DNA of 64,000 nucleotides from a virus. Of this stretch, positions 9,645 through 20,965 are shown piece after piece. Made by a program: the position numbers and the translations under genes. Positions within the stretch are counted from its first letter, which is position 1. Every line of letters starts with the position of its first letter. The notes below the pieces were generated by a model that made no database searches, was not told the origin of the DNA, and was given only the letters and a program-made list of their open reading frames with translations. The DNA lies in IMG/VR virus record IMGVR_UViG_3300008266_000118, one strand, 5' to 3'.

Positions 9645-9938
9645 TTATTTTACGATTGCAAATGTAACTGTTGGATAGTCTTTTTGCAAGCCTAATAAAA
9701 CAGCATTTTGCACTTCTTCAAATGATGGATTAGCTCCTTCATGAGTATAAGTACCTACTTGTGCAATAGGGCTAAAACTTGCAGGTTGATTTTGTGTAGC
9801 TTCTGTGTATTTACCAATCTGAGCAACACCTAATGTAGGTTGATACTTAGATGGTGATACCATGTAAACTGTGATTTTTTGGTCTTTGTATTCGCTTACG
9901 CCATCTTGGGCTAGAATAACTCCTGTTGATTGTATCAT
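9645..9938 (-). CDS. hypothetical protein
   Basis: 97-aa ORF in late operon. Confidence 0.4.
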   Translation of the reverse strand: MIQSTGVILAQDGVSEYKDQKITVYMVSPSKYQPTLGVAQIGKYTEATQNQPASFSPIAQVGTYTHEGANPSFEEVQNAVLLGLQKDYPTVTFAIVK

Positions 9939-9969
9939 ATTGTTGTTTTTATAAATTATTGTTTATTAA

Positions 9970-11487
9970 TTAAACTGCACCCCAAGCAGTACCATTATAA
10001 AAGTTTAATACTTGTGTCGTTGTGTTGTAAATTACTAATCCTTCGGCAGGAGTAGCAATGTTATCTCTTTGAGTTGTAGTCATTCTTGGTGGTAAGAAAC
10101 CTTTTGTAGTACTTTCAACATCAAGTTTTGCACTTGCATGACCGTAACCACCATTTCCCACTATCATTTGAGCAGTGTTTACTCTAACATAAGTAGTAGA
10201 AACTATAGGTAAATCACTTACAGATGATGTAATACCTGCATAGTCAGAAATTGTTATACCGCTAATATTCAAAGAAGCTGCTGCTCCTGCATTATTTTTT
10301 AAAGCAAATACGCCATTAGAAGTAGCTTCTAAGTATCCTCTTGTAGATATAATATAAGCCCCACCTGCAACAACAGTCATATTCAACCCACTACTTATTG
10401 AACTTCCTGTTGTCAATTCTCCTGTTCTACTTACCAAAAACTTACTACTTGAACCAACCTGCAAATCCATGAGGTTGTGGGTCATTCCTGTTATATCAGT
10501 TTCAGTAGCATTTAAAAAAATACCTGTAGCTGTTCCTGAAGTAGTAAAACCATTGCGATTTAATGTATAATCAATCCATAAACCTCTTGGGTTTGCAGTT
10601 GAATTTCCTGACGGAACAAAACTTGATTGAGCATAAATAATTGCCCCTGTACCACTTGTAGACCTATTGTTATTTGTTTTAAATTGATGAAATCCGCTTT
10701 GCCCATTATAGTCTAAAAAAGGCTGAGTAACCATATATTCTATATGATAACCTCCTCTTGCTATGGTTATGTAGTTTGTACTATTTGCACCACCATATAT
10801 GTAACCACTTCCTGCTCCTTGACCAAAATATATATTACCAAGACTATTAACTGATAACCCAAGAGTTGTATTATCAGACCAATACCATCTTTGTATATCT
10901 TGACCTACTCCTCCTTCAATCCTTACAGCAGGGTTAGTACCGTCACCTTTTACATGAAGTCTTGCAGATGCAGTAACGCTTCCTGTCCCAATATAAGCAT
11001 TTCCTAATACATCTAAAGTGTTAACAGCATCTTGTGTTCCACCTGATAGCTGTATAGCAGTACCGCTTGCACCTAAAACTATACTTCCACCAAGATTGTT
11101 TATTACATTTGTTTTGTTGCCAATATAAACAATTCTATATCTTGTGTTAGCAGGAGCAATGTGTAATCCATTAGCTGAACCTCCAACATCTTGAGTCATC
11201 CATATACCTCCAGAACCGTTGTTTTGAGTATTAGCCATATTAGATATTTTCAATCCAATAAAGTTTGTATCTGCATTAAAAGCAGTATAGTTTGGTGAAA
11301 TATCTAACCCAATTAAATATTGACCACTTGCTGTAGCAACTAATGAAGGGCGAATATAACCCCACCTTAACGTGTCGTTAGCTGTGTTTCTTGAAGTAAA
11401 TGTTCCTGTAACATCAAAAATAGAATCGTTGTTGCTTACAGAATTACGAATAGCGGATATACCGACTTGCGTAGTACTTAATTGCAA
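9970..11487 (-). CDS. tail fibre-like protein (G/S/T/N-rich); TTG start
   Basis: 505 aa, low-complexity Gly/Ser/Thr/Asn composition typical of fibres; predicted start codon is TTG. Confidence 0.45.
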   Translation of the reverse strand: MQLSTTQVGISAIRNSVSNNDSIFDVTGTFTSRNTANDTLRWGYIRPSLVATASGQYLIGLDISPNYTAFNADTNFIGLKISNMANTQNNGSGGIWMTQDVGGSANGLHIAPANTRYRIVYIGNKTNVINNLGGSIVLGASGTAIQLSGGTQDAVNTLDVLGNAYIGTGSVTASARLHVKGDGTNPAVRIEGGVGQDIQRWYWSDNTTLGLSVNSLGNIYFGQGAGSGYIYGGANSTNYITIARGGYHIEYMVTQPFLDYNGQSGFHQFKTNNNRSTSGTGAIIYAQSSFVPSGNSTANPRGLWIDYTLNRNGFTTSGTATGIFLNATETDITGMTHNLMDLQVGSSSKFLVSRTGELTTGSSISSGLNMTVVAGGAYIISTRGYLEATSNGVFALKNNAGAAASLNISGITISDYAGITSSVSDLPIVSTTYVRVNTAQMIVGNGGYGHASAKLDVESTTKGFLPPRMTTTQRDNIATPAEGLVIYNTTTQVLNFYNGTAWGAV

Positions 11488-11696
11488 TGGACTTGGGTCT
11501 CCTTCGCCATCTGTTACAGCCCTTAAAGTTGTATCTAATGGTGTGTTAATCGTACTATCAAGGTTTAATATACCCTTGTAGTTCGTACCTATATTATTTC
11601 AATTCTTTGACGTTGCAGTACCCCACACAAAAAGAGAAACTATTGCAGTGGTAATACGCTGCAACTTTGAAATACCTAATCCTAATCCTAATCTTG

Positions 11697-11999
11697 TCAT
11701 ATTGGTAGTGTAGCGTTATTACCTCCGTACATACGGACAACTCCTGATGTTAAAGTTATGGCTGTAATCTTGCCATAGATAATAGTACCTGCTGAATGAC
11801 TAGCAACTCCTGAGATACCTGTATCAGTAGCACCATCAATTGTGATGCTAGCTATAACAGCATTACTAAGAACTTGAACGGCAGTCCAATTTCCTGTTTT
11901 TGCAGCAGTATCTGATATAGTTAAGTTCTGACCTGTTTGACCAAAGCTTGTTTGCCAACCATTAACAAATAGCATGATAATTTTATCGTACCAATTCAT
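11697..11999 (-). CDS. hypothetical structural protein
   Basis: 100-aa ORF; TATCTTTG promoter box just upstream. Confidence 0.4.
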   Translation of the reverse strand: MNWYDKIIMLFVNGWQTSFGQTGQNLTISDTAAKTGNWTAVQVLSNAVIASITIDGATDTGISGVASHSAGTIIYGKITAITLTSGVVRMYGGNNATLPI

Positions 12000-12069
12000 A
12001 TTATTTTATTTTAAACAAAGATACCAATTATGTACAGGAGTATTAATAAGCGAAAACCCAAAATACACC

Positions 12070-15000
12070 CTATTTAAATAGAGACCTAAATATGTTTCTA
12101 AATTTAGTTACAGCACCTAGAATGACTATATACACAGAGCTTTCTACTTTTACAACCCCATACTGACCTATAGGCTGATTGCCTGCATATTTATTGAAAG
12201 CACCAAACCAATTGTCAAAACGCTTCTGAAAAGTCGTAACCGTATGCGGGAAAACCGTATCTCCATTCACGCTGATAGCCACGGTAGGGTCTGTAAAAGC
12301 ATACCCTTCACCGACACTTAAACCTGCACTGAGAAACCTCTTATCTGACATCCCATTTTTATTTACCACAAAAGATACCCTAAATATTGAAGCACCTGCT
12401 CCTAGATAATCTAGAACGCCTGTTCCGCCAAAAAGCTCATATATCTGATTAAAATCAACTATGCTAGGCTTTGGAGCTAAAGTCATGTTCTGATAAAAAA
12501 AGTATCTAGAAGGAACAAAAGAAGCAAAGGTTGAGAAGTTATTTGTCCTCTCATTGAATAATAGAGTCTTACTATCTGCACCCCAAGTCATGATAACAGA
12601 TGCGTGTTCTATATCAAAAACCTGAATCATATCGTACTCAGAATCGGCATTCATCGTCAAGAAGAACGAGCGCATACTATTCTCATCACTCAATACTTTT
12701 ATGCCATCTCCCCCATACCTACAGTACTTTTTAAACTCAGGAGAGAACCAATACAAGGTAGAATTTCCATTATTATTATTACCTACAAGTACGCAGGTTT
12801 GTAGACCTGTTCCGTAGGTAGATATGATATTCTCCCTTTGGTTATATACACCTCCCGTGCCAATCAATACTTCCCCTCCACCCTGTGTTCCTATAGCCAC
12901 ATCTGAAAGGTATGGCAAAACAGAAATAGCTCTAGGCTGTATAGATACCATGTAATTATTCACATCTCGTATAGCAGCAATATTTCCGTTCTTTGTATCC
13001 AAGTCCCTAAAGTCAAGCGCCAAAACCTTTCTATAAAAGTCCTGCAATGAATTGACGGGCTTCTGCTGAGAGTAGTATATGCGAGAAATAAAATTAGATT
13101 CAGAAGGTAAATTTGGATTGTATGCCGTTAACTTTAATGGATACTTAGCAGAAAAACCATCATCATAATTAAACTGCTCCTCTACTACATCTGAAATCGT
13201 TTCAAATGGAAATAAGTAGCTAACTATATTCTCATGACCAAACAAATTGTATGTGGTCTTATCAGAGGTATAGTCATTATACAACATTTGAGTATTTATC
13301 TTCTGTTGACCATAATAGGCTATAAAGGAAGTACGAATGCTTGTAGCGTCAAAGGTAGACCAATACCTAATCTTCAATATACACTTTTGCGTGTATGTAT
13401 CCCCACCAAAAACATCTAATGCAGGGCATACTCCTGTAGACAATTCATTTACATTTAAGTATGTACCTGTTGGCACTATATTAATCGAAAATAAATCATA
13501 CTGCTCTCCAACTACAGGTCTGATGTATTGAGCATAATACAAACCGTTATCAGATGCAATGGTATTAGGCACTAAGCACCCTGAAGTAGCTAAAGACATA
13601 TTCTCCATTGAACCTGAAGCAGAATTGTATACATTTATGTTTGGTCTGTATTTTAAAGAAGTACTTCTGATGGAAGGTATACCTGAATTAGGCTCTCCAA
13701 CTGCTTCTTCAAAGTTAGTGTAGCGACCATCAGTAACCGAAGCATCAATACCTTGAGCGGATTCTATTTCTCCATAATATTCTGCATAAGAACCTAATTG
13801 ACTACCATTTGTGGAGTATATACCACTTAAATTACTTAAAATCTTAGGGCAGTCGTAATATTTTAAAACATCCCCTGTACTAGGCTGCGTTTGATTAACC
13901 CTCGTATCATGAGAAAAGAACATTGAGAACAATCTTTCATCAGCTATTACGCTATATGTAGAACCATAAGCGCCATTACCTGTAGGAATAGATGCATAGT
14001 AACCTGCATTGTAAGCCCCTGCATTAAAATAATCTGCGGGCATTACAACACCTGTACCTAAAACGGTTGGATTACACTCTGCTCTCCATATTGAAACACC
14101 GTTGATTTGGTCTTTTATAGAAGAGACATCTAATCCTGATAAGATGGCGTAATAAGCGTAAGTCTCATAGGTATCTGCACCTGTACTAGACGTGAACAGA
14201 CTTATATCGTTTCCATCCCAATCGTTATTGAAGTAATCTATAAAGTAAGGAGAAGAGATGTAACCATTTTTGTAGTGAAAACGAGCAAATAAAGCGTATG
14301 TCTCATTCAGCATATACCCCACTTTAGTAGCGCAATTTACAGGCAATTGATACTCTCCAACCTTAGTTGAGTCAAAATCTTGAGCGCCAAGTGGTGTAAT
14401 CGTAAAACCTGAAGTTGAAGTTAAAAAAAGGTTTGTAGTTGAAGAAAATTTATAACTAGCACCCAAATAAACAATTTGACCTGCTGTTATGGAAAAAGTA
14501 ATATCAAAATTAGAATCTTTTTCAAACATATCTCCACTAGCAACTGCTACTCCATTTACAAATAACGACCATTTAAATGGCGCTAAAAGTTGTGCGACTC
14601 CACTATAACCAACACTACCTTTTATTCTGTAATTCCCTGTATTAGTGGCTGTCCAAAATCCACTTGAAGAACTATATTCACTAGCAGGGTTGTTTATAAT
14701 TTCAGAAAATTTTAATGGAGCGTTTATACCTGTCTGTTGAGCGTTAGATATTGGATTCCATGGAATCTCATCGCTACTAGGGTCAGCCGAAACCGTTACC
14801 CCTAATTCTGCTACCGAAACCAAAGCACCCACACCCTCCATGGCATACTTGCCTTGAGATATTGTAATGGCACTAGCAATAGCAGCTAAATCAGGGTCGT
14901 CTGCGCCAATCTCTAAATTTGCTAGATTTAACCTATTTTTCTTTATTTCTAGCGATTTTGCCTTTAAGATAACAGGGTCTGTTTGTGGCAAAAGTTCTGT

Positions 15001-16278
15001 ATTTAAAGAGGTAGTACCTGTCTCCGTACCTGTATGAGTTACGGTAAATTCAGAATCTGTAACATCAAAACGACCTACGATATAAGCGGTATTCGCACCA
15101 CCCGCATTGTAAATACAAGCAAGCTCTACAAAGTTATATATGTTAGGCAAAGCATTTTGAACTAATAAAACATTCGCTTTAGAAGTTATTGTTCCGCTCT
15201 TCTCTCCTTGAATCTTTATATAGACACTAGGAGTATTAATAGAAGCTTTAAAAACAGGTATAACATTTGGAGTTAATACACTCCACTCTGTCGTATTTTC
15301 TGTTCCATTCAATCCAAAGCGAACCGAATAGCGATAACCACCGCTCGGCAATGAACCACCTGACTGCAATTGGTCGCTATAAGTAACTAAGCCTGCATTA
15401 TTTATTAACTGCAAATTAGTTTGCTCGTTAGCCTCGTTGTAAATAATGTATCCCGAAGTAGGTGTATCCCAATCAACTATATTATACTTTGCAACACAAT
15501 CTTCTGTGTATGCTTCAGGTATGTACAATACCTTTGGCTTGTTCGTATTATCAGTCCAATATAAAGCCCACGACTGATTACTAACCTTCTCCACTCTAAT
15601 ATCAATAGCCTCTGTAGTAGGCAAGATAAAGCGCCATGTTCTCAATATCCTAACGTAAGACCATGTTACATTCTTTGTAGCAATACCTATCTCAATGGCG
15701 TTAGAATCTCCTGTAGTAGAAAATACAAACAATCTATTCTCTACATTCCAAGTGGTAATAGGGATTAACCTGTCTGCCGTATAAGCTTCTTGAACGACAA
15801 TCTCTTCCTGATACAATCCGTCTACCTGCCATAAGAAGGAAACACGCACAGGAGCTGAATTAAACTCCGTATAAAACACAAAAGAATTTCCATCTACAGA
15901 CAATTGGAAGTCTCCAACATCATACCCATACGATAACATTGTAAGGGTGAATAGGTCTGAAAATATGTAAAAGTCTGCATTATCAGCAGCATAAACAATG
16001 CCTTGACCTAATAGAGTGCCGTCAGCACCATAAAAATAAAAGGTAATATCTACGTTAGCTTCATAACTTAACTTTGTGTACTGAACGACATCTTCTATAT
16101 CAGGAATAGGAAAAGCTAGAGTAGAACTCTTCATAGGACTAATTGAGCTAATCCCGCTTTTCTCTGTAGACATGGTTTCAACATTAAGAGCATCAACATA
16201 TCTATCTGACTTAACTACTCTTAAATCGGAGTCGAAATCTAATCCGCCACCAAATGTATTTACCTGTACGTCTTGCAT
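12070..16278 (-). CDS. giant structural protein (1402 aa), probably tail/baseplate or adhesin
   Basis: long uninterrupted ORF in the structural module; promoter box 18 nt upstream of the ATG. Confidence 0.5.
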   Translation of the reverse strand: MQDVQVNTFGGGLDFDSDLRVVKSDRYVDALNVETMSTEKSGISSISPMKSSTLAFPIPDIEDVVQYTKLSYEANVDITFYFYGADGTLLGQGIVYAADNADFYIFSDLFTLTMLSYGYDVGDFQLSVDGNSFVFYTEFNSAPVRVSFLWQVDGLYQEEIVVQEAYTADRLIPITTWNVENRLFVFSTTGDSNAIEIGIATKNVTWSYVRILRTWRFILPTTEAIDIRVEKVSNQSWALYWTDNTNKPKVLYIPEAYTEDCVAKYNIVDWDTPTSGYIIYNEANEQTNLQLINNAGLVTYSDQLQSGGSLPSGGYRYSVRFGLNGTENTTEWSVLTPNVIPVFKASINTPSVYIKIQGEKSGTITSKANVLLVQNALPNIYNFVELACIYNAGGANTAYIVGRFDVTDSEFTVTHTGTETGTTSLNTELLPQTDPVILKAKSLEIKKNRLNLANLEIGADDPDLAAIASAITISQGKYAMEGVGALVSVAELGVTVSADPSSDEIPWNPISNAQQTGINAPLKFSEIINNPASEYSSSSGFWTATNTGNYRIKGSVGYSGVAQLLAPFKWSLFVNGVAVASGDMFEKDSNFDITFSITAGQIVYLGASYKFSSTTNLFLTSTSGFTITPLGAQDFDSTKVGEYQLPVNCATKVGYMLNETYALFARFHYKNGYISSPYFIDYFNNDWDGNDISLFTSSTGADTYETYAYYAILSGLDVSSIKDQINGVSIWRAECNPTVLGTGVVMPADYFNAGAYNAGYYASIPTGNGAYGSTYSVIADERLFSMFFSHDTRVNQTQPSTGDVLKYYDCPKILSNLSGIYSTNGSQLGSYAEYYGEIESAQGIDASVTDGRYTNFEEAVGEPNSGIPSIRSTSLKYRPNINVYNSASGSMENMSLATSGCLVPNTIASDNGLYYAQYIRPVVGEQYDLFSINIVPTGTYLNVNELSTGVCPALDVFGGDTYTQKCILKIRYWSTFDATSIRTSFIAYYGQQKINTQMLYNDYTSDKTTYNLFGHENIVSYLFPFETISDVVEEQFNYDDGFSAKYPLKLTAYNPNLPSESNFISRIYYSQQKPVNSLQDFYRKVLALDFRDLDTKNGNIAAIRDVNNYMVSIQPRAISVLPYLSDVAIGTQGGGEVLIGTGGVYNQRENIISTYGTGLQTCVLVGNNNNGNSTLYWFSPEFKKYCRYGGDGIKVLSDENSMRSFFLTMNADSEYDMIQVFDIEHASVIMTWGADSKTLLFNERTNNFSTFASFVPSRYFFYQNMTLAPKPSIVDFNQIYELFGGTGVLDYLGAGASIFRVSFVVNKNGMSDKRFLSAGLSVGEGYAFTDPTVAISVNGDTVFPHTVTTFQKRFDNWFGAFNKYAGNQPIGQYGVVKVESSVYIVILGAVTKFRNIFRSLFK

Positions 16279-16295
16279 CTTGAAATTATTTATAG

Positions 16296-16303
16296 CAAAG
16301 ATA
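16296..16303 (-). promoter_or_regulatory. Bacteroidetes-type -7 box (TATCTTTG on minus strand) for the 1402-aa gene
   Basis: fits TAnnTTTG; the same TTATCTTTG context recurs at 12015, 19675, 24549 and 45375; related TACATTTG at 26919. Confidence 0.5.
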
Positions 16304-16373
16304 ATTTTTTCCTTGCATTATTGCTATAGACTTTTGTATACAGGAATTTTACTTTCCAACCATTTTATAGGAA

Positions 16374-17051
16374 TTAAACTAGGGCAGGTTTAGTAGCGCC
16401 TCTGCCTTGAGATGAAGTATCGTTGTCTACGTTATCTTGTATCTGATTAAGAGTAATACCAACCTTCTGCTTGAACAAATCCATAACTATCGTAAAGATA
16501 TCTTCACTCATCGGATATGGGTCTGTCTCTACATTAAAATTGCTAGCTTCTATTGGGTCTACTAAAATACCTTCAACCCAAATCTCCTTCAACATCTTGT
16601 TGCCATACACATTTATCTTGTCATCGGCAGTCATATACAAAATATGCTTGCCATCATTCAAGTAACCTCTAGTCTTCAAGTTGTCAATATCTGTGCGTGT
16701 ATACACTTTCTTAAATGCCTGAGTCAACCTTTTAGCACCTACATAGATATCACCGCTAACTGATTTTGATATATTGACAAAACGAGGTGAGTCAAATATC
16801 AAATAATCTATCTCAGAATCTTGAGCAGCAGAATCAATAGCTATAAGAAAAGATTGTATACAAGCAGGGTCTACTTTCTTAGAAGCAGCAATAGTCTGAC
16901 TGCCGTTATATTTAATCAGTATAGCCTCTTGCCTTAATGTAGGTATCAAAGCCTCCACCGCTTCAAAATCAGAATATTTACCCCCAATCTTAACCTCAAA
17001 GGCATTAACCACCCTTACTAGTAAATCTGCGTACTCGTTTAATTTTTTCAT
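16374..17051 (-). CDS. structural protein, hypothetical
   Basis: 225-aa ORF overlapping its neighbour in the late operon. Confidence 0.4.
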   Translation of the reverse strand: MKKLNEYADLLVRVVNAFEVKIGGKYSDFEAVEALIPTLRQEAILIKYNGSQTIAASKKVDPACIQSFLIAIDSAAQDSEIDYLIFDSPRFVNISKSVSGDIYVGAKRLTQAFKKVYTRTDIDNLKTRGYLNDGKHILYMTADDKINVYGNKMLKEIWVEGILVDPIEASNFNVETDPYPMSEDIFTIVMDLFKQKVGITLNQIQDNVDNDTSSQGRGATKPALV

Positions 17052-17713
17052 ATAGCTCTATTATCGTTTGCTTGTACTGCGCTTTGAGTTTGGAAGAAAG
17101 AATCTTCCCTGTAAGCGTTAGCAGCTATTTGTAATGCGTTATCAATAATCATATTGTTAGTCATATTCCCATAAAAGCTAGTAGCTGCAAGGAAAGTAGC
17201 ATCACCAAAGTCATATGGGAAAACATCCCTGAAATAACGAACATTTTTTGATGTAATATTAGTGCTTGGGTATATATAGATATAGGTATCATTACCCGTA
17301 TAATTAGCCTCATTGGCAGTAGAACGATACCTATACCTTGGATACCTGTAAGTACCCTGAGAATATGGACTAATCACCTCTGCATCATTCAATGGTTGAG
17401 CTATTTTAGTGTATGTAGTCCCACCAACCACATAAGTTACCTGTAGGTTAACCAAACGCTCAAATGGGTCTAATGCAGGCACGTCTGCTGCACAATCAAT
17501 ATAAGCATCTGTATTGGCTAGAGTAATTTCTTTCAACAAAGGAGATAACTCCGTAGTAAATGAGCTATCTAAACCTAATTGGTTATACATCTTCTTTAGC
17601 ACTACTTGAGCGCTCTTTTGAAAGATACTATTTAACTCAGCGTCTTCTATTATACCTGAAGCATACGCATCCCACTGCTGATTGAAGATATCTTTGATTT
17701 CCTGATTTGTCAT
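17048..17713 (-). CDS. structural protein, hypothetical
   Basis: 221-aa ORF with ATGA start/stop overlap. Confidence 0.4.
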   Translation of the reverse strand: MTNQEIKDIFNQQWDAYASGIIEDAELNSIFQKSAQVVLKKMYNQLGLDSSFTTELSPLLKEITLANTDAYIDCAADVPALDPFERLVNLQVTYVVGGTTYTKIAQPLNDAEVISPYSQGTYRYPRYRYRSTANEANYTGNDTYIYIYPSTNITSKNVRYFRDVFPYDFGDATFLAATSFYGNMTNNMIIDNALQIAANAYREDSFFQTQSAVQANDNRAI

Positions 17714-18510
17714 TTAAGTGCGTTTACTTTGTGATTGATAAATTGATAATCAATTGAAGATGGCATAGCTGCAATAGCTTTAACGTGCGCCTTACCCCTC
17801 TTCCAATTGTTTTCATGCATCTGAATAACATAAGCAGGGTATTTGTCCGCATTATCCATCTTGTACTGATACAAGACAAATTCGGTCAAAGCCTCTTCAG
17901 CATAAGCAGGCACTAACAAAGAACCGCTTTCATCTACCAAGTTTCCTAAATAGGAAATATAAGCATAGGTAAATGCACAATTAGTACTGAAGTACATTAC
18001 ATTGTTGACTACATTGACCGTGATATAAGGTTTAGCTTCATCTACTCCCTGTATTGCAATGCCACCTAAACCATCGTAAAAAGCACCATTAAGAAATACA
18101 GGGATAGTTCCGCTAGTATTACCGTTGAATGTTTGCTGCGTTGCAACCCCTAAAGAAGCATTTGATTGATTGCCGATATTTTGAATAACCGTTTCCGTAG
18201 AGCTATTAGTTAGAAAAGCTCCATTCCCATCCAATAAATCTACAGGGAAAAATAAGCGTATAGGATATGTTTTTGTAAAGCGAATAAAGTTAGATGGCAA
18301 TGGCGCACGAAAATCTTGTATAGGGATTTTGGTTTCAAATGGAATCATTGTCCCTAAATTACGCAACCTCTTTATCCCTCTATTAATGATATCTATCAAG
18401 TACATATCATCAACAGTGGTATCACGCATTCCAAGGCGCATCTTCACGCCTGCCAAAATAAAATCTTGGTCTACAGTATCGTATATACCTTCTTTTGAAA
18501 GATTATTCAT
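17710..18510 (-). CDS. structural protein, hypothetical
   Basis: 266-aa ORF. Confidence 0.4.
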   Translation of the reverse strand: MNNLSKEGIYDTVDQDFILAGVKMRLGMRDTTVDDMYLIDIINRGIKRLRNLGTMIPFETKIPIQDFRAPLPSNFIRFTKTYPIRLFFPVDLLDGNGAFLTNSSTETVIQNIGNQSNASLGVATQQTFNGNTSGTIPVFLNGAFYDGLGGIAIQGVDEAKPYITVNVVNNVMYFSTNCAFTYAYISYLGNLVDESGSLLVPAYAEEALTEFVLYQYKMDNADKYPAYVIQMHENNWKRGKAHVKAIAAMPSSIDYQFINHKVNALK

Positions 18511-18618
18511 ATAGCAAATATAAGTTAAAATAAAGCAAAAAAAAATAGCCCCTTAGAACTCAAAGTCCCAAGAGGCTACACAGACAAATCAAACATTAAA
18601 ACAACGTAACGAAGTTAG

Positions 18619-19689
18619 CTATTTGCTAGCTATTTCTAAAATTTTTCTATCTACATACGAATCAAAGGCAGCGTACTTTTCTTTGATACTAATCAACAGC
18701 GACTCTCTCTTTTCTCCATCCTGTTCTTTTAATGCATTATAAATCTCGGTATTTATTACCTTTTTCTCCTTCAATGTAGGCTCTTGCTTTATGTCAGAAG
18801 ACACACCCACTTCTTTAATCTCAGCTACTTCTTCAGGTGCTGCATACCCAACTTTTCCATACAATAGCTTACGAGGCTTCTCGTTTACTATAAAGTAGTT
18901 GATACACTCGCTTTCCTCTTTTCCAATAGGCTCTAAGTTAAACTCGTAGAATCCGTTATTAAAACTTACAATACCATCTTCTACCGCCTGTCTGTATTTA
19001 GAAATCAAGTTGTAATGAGAATCCTTTAAGATGCGCTCTAGGTCAAAAGGATTAAGCTTTAACTTAAATACCACTTTGTTATAAAGCTCGTCTAGCGTAG
19101 CACCCTTAACTTGCACGTTATAGGCGTAACAGAACTCAATAAATTGGTCTTTACTCTTGTTGTACAAGTCTGTCACAATCATCAAACCTTCTGTTAGCTT
19201 TTGATTTTTTTCGCTTTCCTTGCGCTCGATTTGACTCTCCTCGATTAATTCAAACAAGATGTTTTGACCTATAGCCGTGTTTATGTTTTGACCTTGTGAA
19301 TCTTTAACCAAAACTTCAGGGTGTTTTTTCAAGAAGTAGTGAGCTAACCTAACAATCCTGTTGGCTCTCTTTTGGTCTGCATCAGCCATCCTATCCTCAT
19401 CCTCTTCGGCATAATAGCTTTTCTCTATAAAGCACCTAGTATTCTTCGTGCCTTTTACATTTTCAATCTGTGATAAAGACCAAGACAATATATCTGACTC
19501 AATCTTTTCGTCCATCTCAGGGATTTCAAACAACTCGCCCCTCTTACTTACATAAGTAACGTAGCCTGTTTTCTTGTCTCTTTTACTGAACTGAAGTCTT
19601 CTGCCCAATTGGTTTTCAAATCGGTAGATTACTTTAAATGTGTGTTTTTTGCCTTCCATTTTCTTTTTTTTTAACAAAGATAACGTCAT
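18619..19689 (-). CDS. hypothetical protein; true start probably the Met at about 19659
   Basis: a TATCTTTG promoter box lies inside the first codons of the track ORF, so the downstream ATG (MEGKK) is the likelier start. Confidence 0.4.
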   Translation of the reverse strand: MTLSLLKKKKMEGKKHTFKVIYRFENQLGRRLQFSKRDKKTGYVTYVSKRGELFEIPEMDEKIESDILSWSLSQIENVKGTKNTRCFIEKSYYAEEDEDRMADADQKRANRIVRLAHYFLKKHPEVLVKDSQGQNINTAIGQNILFELIEESQIERKESEKNQKLTEGLMIVTDLYNKSKDQFIEFCYAYNVQVKGATLDELYNKVVFKLKLNPFDLERILKDSHYNLISKYRQAVEDGIVSFNNGFYEFNLEPIGKEESECINYFIVNEKPRKLLYGKVGYAAPEEVAEIKEVGVSSDIKQEPTLKEKKVINTEIYNALKEQDGEKRESLLISIKEKYAAFDSYVDRKILEIASK

Positions 19690-19708
19690 TTACATAAAAA
19701 AAACAAAC

Positions 19709-20962
19709 TTAATATATATATTCTCCTATGTGACCAATAGGGATAGAGCCATCACACCATACTTCCCTGCCCATCTCATTAAGCCTTTTGCAGAAATTAA
19801 TATCCTCGCCAATAAAAGTTCCATCGTCAAAACGACCATAATCAAAAGGGTGTGGCATGAACCTAATCGCAGACAATTTTATCAGCATAAAACCTGTAGG
19901 AATGGCAAATACCTTTTCTAAACCCTTTGACATATTGTAGTCGTAGATATTACCCTTATCATCTAGGTTTTTAACAGTGCCATGGGCGGGCAATTGTCGA
20001 ACATTATAACAACCTCCGACAACCTCTTTGTTATGGGCTAGCAGTTTTAGTATTCCGTCTTCAGGGAAACGCAAATCAGCGTCAACGAACATCAAATAGT
20101 CAGAACCATTTTTTATTGCACCATAGACTATCTCATTTCTCATTTGATGCAAATACGTCCCAATCTCAAAATCAAAATCTATATCGTAACCGCTTTGGCT
20201 AGTATTAACGATAGCATTAATGATTGAGCCAACAGTTTTTACATGAACCTCTCCTCTAGTTGGAACGCCTATGGTTATCTTTGTCCTTCTAACCAAATAG
20301 TCCCTGCCACTTTCAAATAAATTGTAATAGAAGTTCATGTTAACCCTTCCGTTACCGTGTACCACCATTGGAGCAAAACCTGTTTGATTGTTCACCAAAT
20401 AACCATCTATAACCCTAAAATCAGAAACATCTATTTTATATAAAGTTTGAAATGTGGCGCAGTTGTAATCAATAGGTATATTGTACTGCAAAACCTTTCT
20501 AATTAACCACTCTTGGTCATCAGCTTCTTCAGCAGGGGTCTCTTCCTCAAACAACTTAATAAAGAAGTCGGATTGCATATAAAAACCACCCGCATTAGGA
20601 TACTTGAATCTTTCATTGCTAGTGAAGTTTAATGCCATTTCAGGGTCATTCTTTCCTGTCCAACAATTTACTTCACCTGAAACATAATTGTCCGCAATTG
20701 GAAAGAAGTCAACGCTTTTCCTGACAAACAATGTGTCAAAAGCATCCGTAAATAAAAAGTCTTTTTCTTGTGGGTTTTGTTTAAGAAAGGCGTATATCCC
20801 ATGCATTTTGCTTGAAGCTCCACGCCACTCGCCTTCAATAACCATGTAACGCCATCCAAAGGTATTCAATGAAGCTTCTAGCATTGCACACCTTTCCCTT
20901 TTGTCGGTAACTGTTAGTACTATCATATTTTTCTTTCTTTTTTTTTCTTTTGTTCGGTACAA
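19709..20962 (-). CDS. two-domain glycosyltransferase (C-terminal GT2-like, DxD)
   Basis: LMFVDADLRF (DxD) and GEDINFCKR motifs in the C-terminal half; sits inside the structural module. Confidence 0.5.
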   Translation of the reverse strand: MYRTKEKKRKKNMIVLTVTDKRERCAMLEASLNTFGWRYMVIEGEWRGASSKMHGIYAFLKQNPQEKDFLFTDAFDTLFVRKSVDFFPIADNYVSGEVNCWTGKNDPEMALNFTSNERFKYPNAGGFYMQSDFFIKLFEEETPAEEADDQEWLIRKVLQYNIPIDYNCATFQTLYKIDVSDFRVIDGYLVNNQTGFAPMVVHGNGRVNMNFYYNLFESGRDYLVRRTKITIGVPTRGEVHVKTVGSIINAIVNTSQSGYDIDFDFEIGTYLHQMRNEIVYGAIKNGSDYLMFVDADLRFPEDGILKLLAHNKEVVGGCYNVRQLPAHGTVKNLDDKGNIYDYNMSKGLEKVFAIPTGFMLIKLSAIRFMPHPFDYGRFDDGTFIGEDINFCKRLNEMGREVWCDGSIPIGHIGEYIY

Positions 20963-20965
20963 ATA

